From: Candidatus Latescibacterota bacterium
GTDB taxonomy: Bacteria > Latescibacterota > UBA2968
Length of the DNA: 64,000 nt
Assembly: GCA_965204745.1 (NCBI GenBank)
Contig: OZ242010.1
Location: 384,001-448,000 of the forward strand
Reading direction: 5' to 3'
Part shown: positions 48,617-57,110 of the stretch, in pieces
Layout: every line of letters starts with the position of its first letter
Numbering within the stretch: the stretch's first letter is position 1
Notes under the pieces: generated by a model
The model's input: the letters and a program-made list of their open reading frames with translations, nothing else
The model's database searches: none
What the model was told of the DNA's origin: nothing
Made by a program: the position numbers and the translations under genes

Positions 48617-49777
48617 CTACAACCACAACGCGTTGCCCTCGGGCAGATGTCTCAAAATCTCTGCCTCGTCCAAGTCAATGCCCAGGCCAGGCCCTTCTGG
48701 CACCGCGATGTACCCGTCTTGAATGGGATTTTTGATCGTCAGCATAGACGACCACAGCGGGATATTGGCCGAGTGGTATTCCAGCGCCAGAAAATTGGGA
48801 ACCGTGGAACAAATATGAACCGCGGCCATCCCTGCGACCGCGCTCGCCATGTAGTGCGGCGCGATAGACATGTGATACATGTCGGCCAACTCGGCGATGC
48901 GCCGCATCTCAATGGCCCCGCCACTGCGCGGAATATCCGGTTCGAGCAAATCGCACGCGCCCTTTTCCATCAGTTCCCGAAACAATTTCGCGCCGTGAAA
49001 AATCTCGCCCGTGCAAATCGGCGTCTCGGTCTGCATGCAAATTTTTGCCAGCGCATCCACATTGCCCCACTCCCACCGGATCGGGTCTTCCAACCACAGC
49101 AAGTCCAGATGCTCCACATCCTTGCAAATCCGCAGGCCATCGACCATGTTAAACGACCCGTGTAGATCGATTGCCAACTCAATGTACGGCCCAACCGCAT
49201 CGCGCAACGCTTCTATCGTAGTGACGATATGCTCGTGTTGCCGGCGGCTCATGGTGGGGTCGTACACGTCCATCTTCCAGGGATTGGGCACATCCAAATC
49301 GAACTTCAACGCCGTGAACCCGGCCGCGACCCGCTCCTTTGCCCGCGCCACGTACGCCGACGTCTCGTACACCGGATCTAATTCCCCAGACGCGCGCACC
49401 TCGGCCCAGCGCCGGTCGTAATCCGCTTTGGTCCAATACGCGCCGGAATGGCAATCGCAATACATCCGCACTTTATCGCGCAACTTCCCGCCGAGCAAAT
49501 CGCACATCGGCACGCCCAATGCCTTGCCCTTGATATCCCACAACGCGATCTCCACACCCGCGCCCGCGCCGTGCATGCGCCACAGGTGATCGCGGTGCAA
49601 TTTGTTCACATTGGTCGGATCCTCCCCGATCAACACGCGCTTTAACCCGTCAATCGACAGCCCACCCATGCACTCGCCCAAGCCCTCAATCCCCTCATCC
49701 GTGCTGATTTTCAACAACGCCCAATGCCGACACGCGGCGCCGAGGGACGGGGTTTTTTGTATGTCTGTGATTTTCAT
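48617..49777 (-). CDS. Mandelate racemase/muconate lactonizing enzyme family (acid-sugar dehydratase-like)
   Basis: MKITDI, TDEGIEGLGE, EIALWDIKGK, KFD, DLH, WLEDP, TGE, PGLG. Confidence 0.9.
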   Translation of the reverse strand: MKITDIQKTPSLGAACRHWALLKISTDEGIEGLGECMGGLSIDGLKRVLIGEDPTNVNKLHRDHLWRMHGAGAGVEIALWDIKGKALGVPMCDLLGGKLRDKVRMYCDCHSGAYWTKADYDRRWAEVRASGELDPVYETSAYVARAKERVAAGFTALKFDLDVPNPWKMDVYDPTMSRRQHEHIVTTIEALRDAVGPYIELAIDLHGSFNMVDGLRICKDVEHLDLLWLEDPIRWEWGNVDALAKICMQTETPICTGEIFHGAKLFRELMEKGACDLLEPDIPRSGGAIEMRRIAELADMYHMSIAPHYMASAVAGMAAVHICSTVPNFLALEYHSANIPLWSSMLTIKNPIQDGYIAVPEGPGLGIDLDEAEILRHLPEGNALWL

Positions 49778-50034
49778 GCGTTCTCCTGTTGAAATGGTGG
49801 TCAGTTGTCTGGATCGCGGATTAAATGGATTACGCGGATTGCGCGGATTACCCCCCGCGCCGCCGCCCAAGTGCGTCCCAACCGCGCCCCCAACCGCCCG
49901 TGCGTGCCCTACCTCGCCCTGCCGTGTGCGTTTTGCCTGTCATCTGTGTTCTTAGGCGAAGCGGACGTTTTCCCGTCTCACCTCTCCCGTCTTCCCTCTT
50001 ACCAAAGGGGATGGGGCGGACTGACCACATTCTT

Positions 50035-50808
50035 CTACGTCCGCCACCTGCGCGATTCGAGCACGGTGTGCGTCACAAAAAGAAAAAACGCTACGGCGCT
50101 GACAAAAAACACCACGTCGTGCGTATCCACCACGCCGCGGATCATGTCGCGGGTGTGTTCTAGCAGGGAAAGAAATTTCAAAATCACAAAAAACAAATCG
50201 TCCGAAAAACGCGCGGCCCAGTCGATAATCCACAACAAAATGAGCAGAAAAAACGACAGCACCGCGGCGATGATCTGATTCTCGGTCAAAGACGACGCCA
50301 AAATGCCCACGCTGATAAAGGTCGCGCCGAGCAACACCACGGCCAGCGCGCCGGAGAAAATCGGCCCCCAATCCAATTGCGCGTGGGTCGCCAACACGCC
50401 GATATAGCCGAACGCCATCAATTCGATCAGCAAGTACAAAGCATAGCACGCGAGGAACTTGCCCATGAGAATTTGCCCGGACGTAATCGGCGAGGTCATC
50501 AACAACTCGTAAGTACCCCCGCGTTTTTCCTCGGCGTAGAGACGCATCGTCAGCATCGGGATCACGATCATCCAGATAAAGGTCTGAAATTCAAAAAACG
50601 GCTCGACGACATCGGTATTGACATTCAGTTGAATTTTCTCCTCGCGCTCGGCCAATTGCAAAAAAACGCTCATATCGTGAAATTCGAGCACCTGATTGCG
50701 GAACACAAACCCGCTAAACAGCAAGAACACGCCGGCCATCACATAAGCGATGGGCGAGCCGAAATACGACCGCATCTCTTTGCCAAAAATCGCCATCACC
50801 TGGCCCAT
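50035..50808 (-). CDS. ABC-2 transporter permease (GldF-like)
   Basis: KEMRSYFGSPIAY, LTMRLYAEEKRGGTYELLMTSP, SSLTENQI. Confidence 0.88.
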   Translation of the reverse strand: MGQVMAIFGKEMRSYFGSPIAYVMAGVFLLFSGFVFRNQVLEFHDMSVFLQLAEREEKIQLNVNTDVVEPFFEFQTFIWMIVIPMLTMRLYAEEKRGGTYELLMTSPITSGQILMGKFLACYALYLLIELMAFGYIGVLATHAQLDWGPIFSGALAVVLLGATFISVGILASSLTENQIIAAVLSFFLLILLWIIDWAARFSDDLFFVILKFLSLLEHTRDMIRGVVDTHDVVFFVSAVAFFLFVTHTVLESRRWRT

Positions 50809-51734
50809 CACATCTCCTCCTCTCGCGTGGTCAGCGCGTGAAAAATTTCTTCCAACGACATGGCTTCTCGCCGCATTTCCACCAATCCCATGCCCAAGGC
50901 GACAATGCAAGCCGAGACCTCGGTGCTCAAATTCGCCTCTGCCGGCCAAGTGACCGCCAGGCCATCGCTTGCCCGCGTCACCTCGCCGATTCCCGCAATC
51001 CCGGCAATCGCTTGGGCCGCGACATCCACATCGCCCGATACGCGAACGAAAAACCGCGCTGTGCCGCGCATCTCTGCCGTGAGATTTTCCGGGGTATCCA
51101 CCGCGACAATTTTGCCCTCGTGAATGATGATCACGCGATTGCAGGTCATTTCGACTTCGGGCAAGATATGCGTGCTCAAAATCACCGTGCGCTCATGCGC
51201 GAGTTCGCGGATCAACTGCCGCACCTCGATGATCTGATTGGGATCGAGGCCCGAGGTCGGCTCGTCCATAATAATCACCTCGGGATCGTGCAAAATCGCC
51301 TGTGCGAGCCCCACGCGCTGCCGGTATCCCTTGGACAACTGGCCGATGAGTTGATGCGCGCGATCCACGAGGCCGCACTGCGCGATCACCGCATCGATCC
51401 GCTGCTCGGCGTCTCTCGGCGCGACCCCCTTGATCTTGGCGATGAATTTGAGATAGGCATGCACGCGCATATCCCGATACAGGGGTGGCAACTCGGGCAA
51501 ATAGCCAATGCGCCGCTTGACCTCGAGTGGATTTTCAAAAATATCGTACCCGCCAATGCGGGCCGTGCCCTCTGTTGCGGGCAAAAAACAGGTCAGCACG
51601 CGCATGGTCGTGGTTTTGCCCGCGCCATTTGGCCCCAAAAAACCGACAATTTCGCCCTTGCCCACCTCAAACGAAATGTCATCCACGGCCGTAATCGCGC
51701 CGTATCGCTTGGTCAAATGATCGACTTCTATCAT
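50808..51734 (-). CDS. ABC transporter ATP-binding protein (GldA-like)
   Basis: GPNGAGKT, LSKGYRQR, MDEPTSGLDP, STH. Confidence 0.93.
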   Translation of the reverse strand: MIEVDHLTKRYGAITAVDDISFEVGKGEIVGFLGPNGAGKTTTMRVLTCFLPATEGTARIGGYDIFENPLEVKRRIGYLPELPPLYRDMRVHAYLKFIAKIKGVAPRDAEQRIDAVIAQCGLVDRAHQLIGQLSKGYRQRVGLAQAILHDPEVIIMDEPTSGLDPNQIIEVRQLIRELAHERTVILSTHILPEVEMTCNRVIIIHEGKIVAVDTPENLTAEMRGTARFFVRVSGDVDVAAQAIAGIAGIGEVTRASDGLAVTWPAEANLSTEVSACIVALGMGLVEMRREAMSLEEIFHALTTREEEM

Positions 51735-51736
51735 GG

Positions 51737-52618
51737 TTATACCCTAATTTTTCGCGCCCGCATCCGAAAAAATCGCATCAGCGGCTCGTGATACGCGCCC
51801 TCGGTCGAGATAGTCACAGCGTCCAACCCCACGCGCCGAAACAGTGCTTCGCGCTCCTCGCGCGCTTGCCGCGCCCAGTGTTGAAAATCGTAGCGCACGG
51901 CCGCGTTGCCAAAATCCACCATGACGCCCTCGCCGGTCTCGGCGTCTTCCAACTCCACAATGCCAATCGCGGGCAGGTCGAACTCCCGCGGATCCTCGAG
52001 CACTATCGCCACCAAGTCGTGCCGCCGGTTGGCAACGCGCAATGCCCGCTCGTAGTTGGACGCCAAGAAATCCGACACCAAAAACACCACGCTGCGCCGA
52101 TAGGTCACGCGGTTCAAATACTCCAACGCCGCGTCGATATTCGTGCCGCGCCCGGCGGGCTGAAAATACAACAACTCCCGAATCACGCGCAACACATGCT
52201 TCTTGCCCTTTTTGGGCGGGATGAACAACTCGACCTCGTCGGTAAAAATGATCAGCCCCACGCGGTCGTTGTTTTGAATCGCGGAAAACGCGAGCAACGC
52301 GCAAATCTCCGCGCCGATCTCGCCTTTCATTTGCGCCACCGTGCCAAAGTCGCCCGAGGCACTCGCATCGACCATCAGCATCACCGTCAGTTCGCGCTCT
52401 TCGTCGAAAACCTTGACGTAGGGATCGCCCATGCGCGCGGTCACATTCCAATCTATCGCCCGCACATCATCCCCGTGCTGATACTCCCGCACTTCGGCAA
52501 ATGCCATGCCCCTGCCCTTAAATACCGAATGGTATTCCCCGGCAAACACCGTATTCACCAAATTGCGCGTCCGCAGCTCGATGCGCTTCACTTTTTTTAG
52601 AATTTCGATTGGAATCAT
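51737..52618 (-). CDS. DUF58 domain protein (MoxR-associated, VWA-like)
   Basis: GEYHSVFKGRGMAFAEVREY, GDDVRAIDWNVTAR, EERE, VSDF. Confidence 0.92.
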   Translation of the reverse strand: MIPIEILKKVKRIELRTRNLVNTVFAGEYHSVFKGRGMAFAEVREYQHGDDVRAIDWNVTARMGDPYVKVFDEERELTVMLMVDASASGDFGTVAQMKGEIGAEICALLAFSAIQNNDRVGLIIFTDEVELFIPPKKGKKHVLRVIRELLYFQPAGRGTNIDAALEYLNRVTYRRSVVFLVSDFLASNYERALRVANRRHDLVAIVLEDPREFDLPAIGIVELEDAETGEGVMVDFGNAAVRYDFQHWARQAREEREALFRRVGLDAVTISTEGAYHEPLMRFFRMRARKIRV

Positions 52619-52620
52619 AA

Positions 52621-52746
52621 GGCGTAAGACGTGAGACGTAAGACGTAAGACGTGAGAAGGAAGTTTAGCCACGAGCGGGGTACAACTGGCGATAGCCCGT
52701 TCAAAGGCGAGCAGTGTGTAGGGGCGATGCCCCGTGCTCGCCCGAA
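52621..52746 (+). repeat. Composite intergenic repeat, second copy (7-bp ACGT(A/G)AG tandem plus core plus GTAGGGGCG REP-like hairpin)
   Basis: Matches 41140-41276. Confidence 0.8.
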
Positions 52747-52850
52747 GATACAAGAAGTTGTCAGTTGTCAGTCCCCACCCTTCCACCCCAAGGCAATCGC
52801 TAAGATACGAGATGTAGCGGCCCCCATGTCGCCCGTTTTCCACGGGATAT

Positions 52851-53726
52851 TCATCGTGTATTGAGTAGGGTTTTCAGCAATTCTGTCGCAGCGGTCATGG
52901 GCGCGTCATGGCAGATTACCATGTCGTAAACGCGCAGGTATTCCGCCCTATTTTCTGCGACCGATTCATTCAAAAATCCCACGCGGATGATGCAGTCTAA
53001 ATCCGCAGTGTTCACCATTTGCGCGTCTTCTAGGGTATCGCCCAAAAGCAGGACACAGCCCTGCGCGTCTATGGCATGACGCGCTTTGTTCAAGCTGTGG
53101 ATGACCGGCTCGCAAAATCCCGCCACTGTGCCGTGGGCGTCGAACAGCAACTGATTTGCCATCACGGTCACATTTTGGGTGAGCAATGCTCTGACCTTTA
53201 GGAACTGTGAAATCACGTTGCCAAGGCCCGCGGACAAAATGAACAGGGATATGCCACTACGCGATAGCATTGCAAAAAAATTGATCGCGCCATCGCGCAG
53301 GTGGATCAGGTCTCGGGCGGCCAGGTCTGCGATCATGGCGGCGGTGAGGCCGTGTCGTTGCATCATCGCAACTGCCGCCAGCCACCAAGCGCGCATGGCG
53401 TTCTGTTTTTCGCGGTCAGAAATCGTCCGCGAGACTTCGATGGGGCGATACCGCGCGTACAGCCGATCCATCTCTCGGCGATACACCGCGCCCAAATACG
53501 CGCCGTGTACAATCGCCGAATAGGATGTTGCATCTCGCCCATCGCTAGTTCGCGCTATGGTCAAGGTGCGATCCCAATCGCTGACCACACATAGCCGCTC
53601 GATGCCCGCGGTTTGAAATTGCGCGATTTTGTCGCGCAAGGCCAGGTGATCGGCGATCAGTAGCGATTCCGACGCGCTACAAGTCCAAGTCCGAAACATA
53701 GTCCGCGATTTCCTTCGGCTGTCCAT
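52851..53726 (-). CDS. HAD hydrolase resembling pyrimidine 5'-nucleotidase (cN-III/UMPH-1)
   Basis: VVSDWDRTLT, ILSAGLG, IHSLNK, LLLGDTLED, VGFLN, YDMVI. Start uncertain. Confidence 0.75.
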   Translation of the reverse strand: MDSRRKSRTMFRTWTCSASESLLIADHLALRDKIAQFQTAGIERLCVVSDWDRTLTIARTSDGRDATSYSAIVHGAYLGAVYRREMDRLYARYRPIEVSRTISDREKQNAMRAWWLAAVAMMQRHGLTAAMIADLAARDLIHLRDGAINFFAMLSRSGISLFILSAGLGNVISQFLKVRALLTQNVTVMANQLLFDAHGTVAGFCEPVIHSLNKARHAIDAQGCVLLLGDTLEDAQMVNTADLDCIIRVGFLNESVAENRAEYLRVYDMVICHDAPMTAATELLKTLLNTR

Positions 53727-54717
53727 CTAAGGTGGTTTCCATTGCGGCGATGACCATCGCGTACGAAATGATGTTTTTTTCAATGCGCGTGTCAGAAGGC
53801 GGGCCGCCGTCGAGCCAGTTGAGAAATTCATCGAAGAGATGATCGTGGCCTTCTCGTTCAATTTCGGGCGCGTCATAGACTTCGGGGGACTGTCCAACGC
53901 GGTGGATGGTCATTGTCGCGCCTTCGGCGATTTCGACCGTGCCCGCTTCAAATTCTGCGCGGTAGTGTTCCCGGTGCCAGCAGTTGGTGATGCCAGCCGC
54001 CGAACTGTTGCCCTCGTAAAAGGCGTGCGTGCCGTTGTCCATGTTGACGAGGTACATGCCGCTTGAATGGTGGTCAAAGCTGGACCATTCGGGGTTCCAG
54101 CCAAATCCCATCAGGGTGTCGGGATCGCCGCCTGCGAGGAAGCGGAGCATGTCAAAGTGATGCACCGAGCCTTCAAAGAGGAGGCCAAATTCCATGGTGT
54201 GCCGCCAGTCTTTGCCCCACGCGCCAAATTCTCGGTAGTCGCAGGCATAGCGTCCAACGATGTGCTGAAGGCGACCCAAGCGACCCTCATTGCGGAGCCG
54301 CACGAGTTCCCGCTTGTTGCGGGCATAGCGATAATTTTGAATGATGGCGCAGGGCAGGCCCGTTTTTTGTGCTGCGCGAACCATGGCTTTGGCCGCATTG
54401 AGCGCGTCTGCAATGGGTTTTTCAGAGATGACGGGCATCCCGGCTTCCAGCGCGGCTATGGTCGCTGGCGCGTGAAATTGCGGCGGCGTTGCCACGCCAC
54501 AAAAGTCGGCTTTGACAGAGGATATGGCGTCCTCGTGTGAGGTGAAAAGTCGGTTTTTGGACAGGCCAAGCGCCTGCGCCTGCCGATCTAGCACGCCTTG
54601 ATCCACATCGACGAGACCGATGATTTTGATGCGGTCTCCAAAGTTTTGCGTCATGCGATTGATCCAGCCGCCGGCCATCCCGCCGCCGCCGACCATGAGA
54701 CACGTCTTGACTGCCAT
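53677..54717 (-). CDS. Gfo/Idh/MocA family oxidoreductase
   Basis: VGGGGMA, ATPPQFH, EKP, QNYRY, SVHHFD. Confidence 0.9.
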   Translation of the reverse strand: MAVKTCLMVGGGGMAGGWINRMTQNFGDRIKIIGLVDVDQGVLDRQAQALGLSKNRLFTSHEDAISSVKADFCGVATPPQFHAPATIAALEAGMPVISEKPIADALNAAKAMVRAAQKTGLPCAIIQNYRYARNKRELVRLRNEGRLGRLQHIVGRYACDYREFGAWGKDWRHTMEFGLLFEGSVHHFDMLRFLAGGDPDTLMGFGWNPEWSSFDHHSSGMYLVNMDNGTHAFYEGNSSAAGITNCWHREHYRAEFEAGTVEIAEGATMTIHRVGQSPEVYDAPEIEREGHDHLFDEFLNWLDGGPPSDTRIEKNIISYAMVIAAMETTLDGQPKEIADYVSDLDL

Positions 54718-54730
54718 AGCGCACTCCTAT

Positions 54731-54776
54731 AAAAAAAGAAACCGGCGCATCGCCCCACATGATACGCCGGTTTTTT
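54731..54776 (-). terminator. Intrinsic terminator
   Basis: Minus strand AAACCGGCGTATC...GATGCGCCGGTTTCTTTTTTT after the stop at 54798. Confidence 0.7.
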
Positions 54777-54797
54777 GCAACTGCGAAGAAAATGCGA

Positions 54798-55817
54798 TTA
54801 TTCCACTTCGAGGTCTTCGGCATCCAGTTGAAACCAGAACACATCCCCGGATTCGATGGTGTTCTGTATGCGATTGTCTTTGTACATGCCGGCGACGACC
54901 GCATAAGCGCGTTTGCCCGTGAACCGGGTTAAAAACGCAGCATTGCGAATGGCCCGCCGCGTATCCCGGCCATTGGCTGTGAAGGAGATTTCCACGGCGA
55001 TATAGCAGGTTTCACCGTCCTGACCCGCGGCTTCCATGATCAAGTCTGCCGAGTAGAAACTCCGCCGCTCGTTTCTGGGGATGTCCGCCGCATCGTGGGG
55101 GTGAATGAGAGAGATGATTTTTTGTTGGGACACAATGCCGACCAGGTCAAATCCCATGTCATGGGCGATCAAGGCGGCATTTCTGATCGCTGAGGTTCTG
55201 GCATGCCCCCCTTTGAGCACACCTACACTGGTTTCGAGCCTATCCAGTCTGCTTTCGATCTTGTCCAGTCTGCTTTCGATCTTGTCCAGTCTGCTTTCGA
55301 TCTTGTCCAGTCTGTCTTCGACCTTGTCCAGTCTGCTTTCGATCTTGTCCAGCCGGTGTTCGATCTTGTCCAGCCGGTGTTCAACCTTGTCCAGTCTGCT
55401 TTCGACTTTGTCCAGTCGGTGTTCAACTTTCTCCAGTCTGCTTTCGACCTTGTCCAGTCTGTCTTCGACCTTGTCCAGTCTGCCTCCGCCTTTGTCCAGC
55501 CTACCTTCAACTTTGTCCATCCGCTTGTTCATAGCCTCAAATTGCTTGTTCATAGCCTCAAATTGCTTGTTCGTGGCTTCGATAAACTTGTCCACTTTAG
55601 CGACAAAGGCGTTCATCTTAGCGACGAACTTATTCATTTCGGCGACGAACTTATTCATTTCGGCGACAAAGGTGTTCATCTCGGCGACGAACTCGGTGAA
55701 CTTTTCGGGCAGATCGAGCAACTCGGGCGTGAGCAACCGGGCACGCAAGGCGTCAATCCACTCGGGTTTTTCGTCCAGTACGTGGATCAGGTCTTCTATG
55801 GTATTGATAGTGTACAT
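54798..55817 (-). CDS. Heptad-repeat coiled-coil protein with C-terminal restriction-endonuclease-like domain
   Basis: About 8 FVAEMNK/FEAMNK heptads and 13 DKxExRL heptads (21-bp repeats), then ADLIMEA...YIAVEISFT. Confidence 0.75.
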   Translation of the reverse strand: MYTINTIEDLIHVLDEKPEWIDALRARLLTPELLDLPEKFTEFVAEMNTFVAEMNKFVAEMNKFVAKMNAFVAKVDKFIEATNKQFEAMNKQFEAMNKRMDKVEGRLDKGGGRLDKVEDRLDKVESRLEKVEHRLDKVESRLDKVEHRLDKIEHRLDKIESRLDKVEDRLDKIESRLDKIESRLDKIESRLDRLETSVGVLKGGHARTSAIRNAALIAHDMGFDLVGIVSQQKIISLIHPHDAADIPRNERRSFYSADLIMEAAGQDGETCYIAVEISFTANGRDTRRAIRNAAFLTRFTGKRAYAVVAGMYKDNRIQNTIESGDVFWFQLDAEDLEVE

Positions 55818-56108
55818 AGCAGTTCCTTTCTCGTGCGACAAAACGATGATCAATGACAAAAAATATACCCTATTTCACTCGGTTTTGCAACCGCTTATTG
55901 TTCATCTTTCCGCTTGCCTCCAAAGGCGAAATCCGATATATAAAGTTTATGCCGTTGGGCAACAAAAAGGAAAGACGATGAAATGTTGCGACAGGCGGGA
56001 ATTGACGAAGAAAAATTTCGAGACTTGTCGTCGCTCCTGAAGCGATCACAGGATGCGCTCTGAAGACGGATCGCAGTTTGCCGTTGCTTTTTTTATTTTG
56101 GTTTGAGT

Positions 56109-56927
56109 ATGGATGCAAATGCCTCGCTGCTGTTGTCGGGATATTCCGTTGCCATCGTTGCCGCGTCTTTGCTCGGCGGGTGGTTGCCGGGTGTTGTGAC
56201 CATGACGCATACGCGCACGCAGATGGTGATGAGCTTTGTGGCGGGGATGATTCTCGGCATTGCCCTGTACCATCTCTTGCCCCACGGCTTGGCGCAGATC
56301 CCCGGGCCAAAGGCAGTTGAGACAGCCGTGTGGTGGATGATGTTGGGCCTCATTCTGATGGTGTTGCTGTTGCGTTTTTTCCACTTTCACCAACACGACT
56401 TCAGCCATGAGGAGCGCGATCACAGCCAGGATGTGCATTCGCTGAGTTGGGTCGGCATTGCCCTTGGCATGGCCCTGCACACGGTGACAGAGGGCATCGC
56501 GTTGGGCGTGAGCATTCGAGTGGAATGGTCGTTTGAAGACGGAGTGGGTTTGGCGGGACTCGGCGTGTTTTTGGCGATCTTTTTGCACAAGCCGCTCGAC
56601 GCGCTCTCCATTACGAGCGTCATGCAAGCCGCCGGGTTGCGCCCTTGGGCTTGCACAGCGGTCAATATTGGGTTTGCCTTGCTCTGCCCGATAGGCGCCT
56701 TCTTGACGTTTTGGGGCGTGGGGCTGTTCGGCGCGTGGACAGGGCAGGTGATCGGTTGCACGCTGACGTTCGCGGCCGGCGCGTTTTTGTGCATTTCCCT
56801 GAGCGATTTGTTGCCGGAGATCCATTTCCACAGCCACGACCGCGGCAAGCTCACCGGGGCTTTTCTCATCGGAATTGGCTTGGCTTACGCGCTGCGCTTT
56901 GTCGAATCCGGTGCAGTGCATCCTTAA
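56109..56927 (+). CDS. ZIP-family metal transporter
   Basis: FVAGMILG, His-rich loop FHFHQHD, LHTVTEG, HKPLD, DLLPE. Confidence 0.9.
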   Translation: MDANASLLLSGYSVAIVAASLLGGWLPGVVTMTHTRTQMVMSFVAGMILGIALYHLLPHGLAQIPGPKAVETAVWWMMLGLILMVLLLRFFHFHQHDFSHEERDHSQDVHSLSWVGIALGMALHTVTEGIALGVSIRVEWSFEDGVGLAGLGVFLAIFLHKPLDALSITSVMQAAGLRPWACTAVNIGFALLCPIGAFLTFWGVGLFGAWTGQVIGCTLTFAAGAFLCISLSDLLPEIHFHSHDRGKLTGAFLIGIGLAYALRFVESGAVHP

Positions 56928-57110
56928 AAAAACGCCTCGGCAGTTCACAATCGTCGGGGTGCTATCGTATTTGTCGTAAAAAATACAAAAGCAGATAATT
57001 TTTTTCTTGCAATGGCTTCTAAATTTGTTATCTTTTGCCCACACTTCGTTACGCTCGTTTTGGCTGACTTCATAAGCCAGAAACCCCCATCCTACCCAAG
57101 GAGGAGAATC

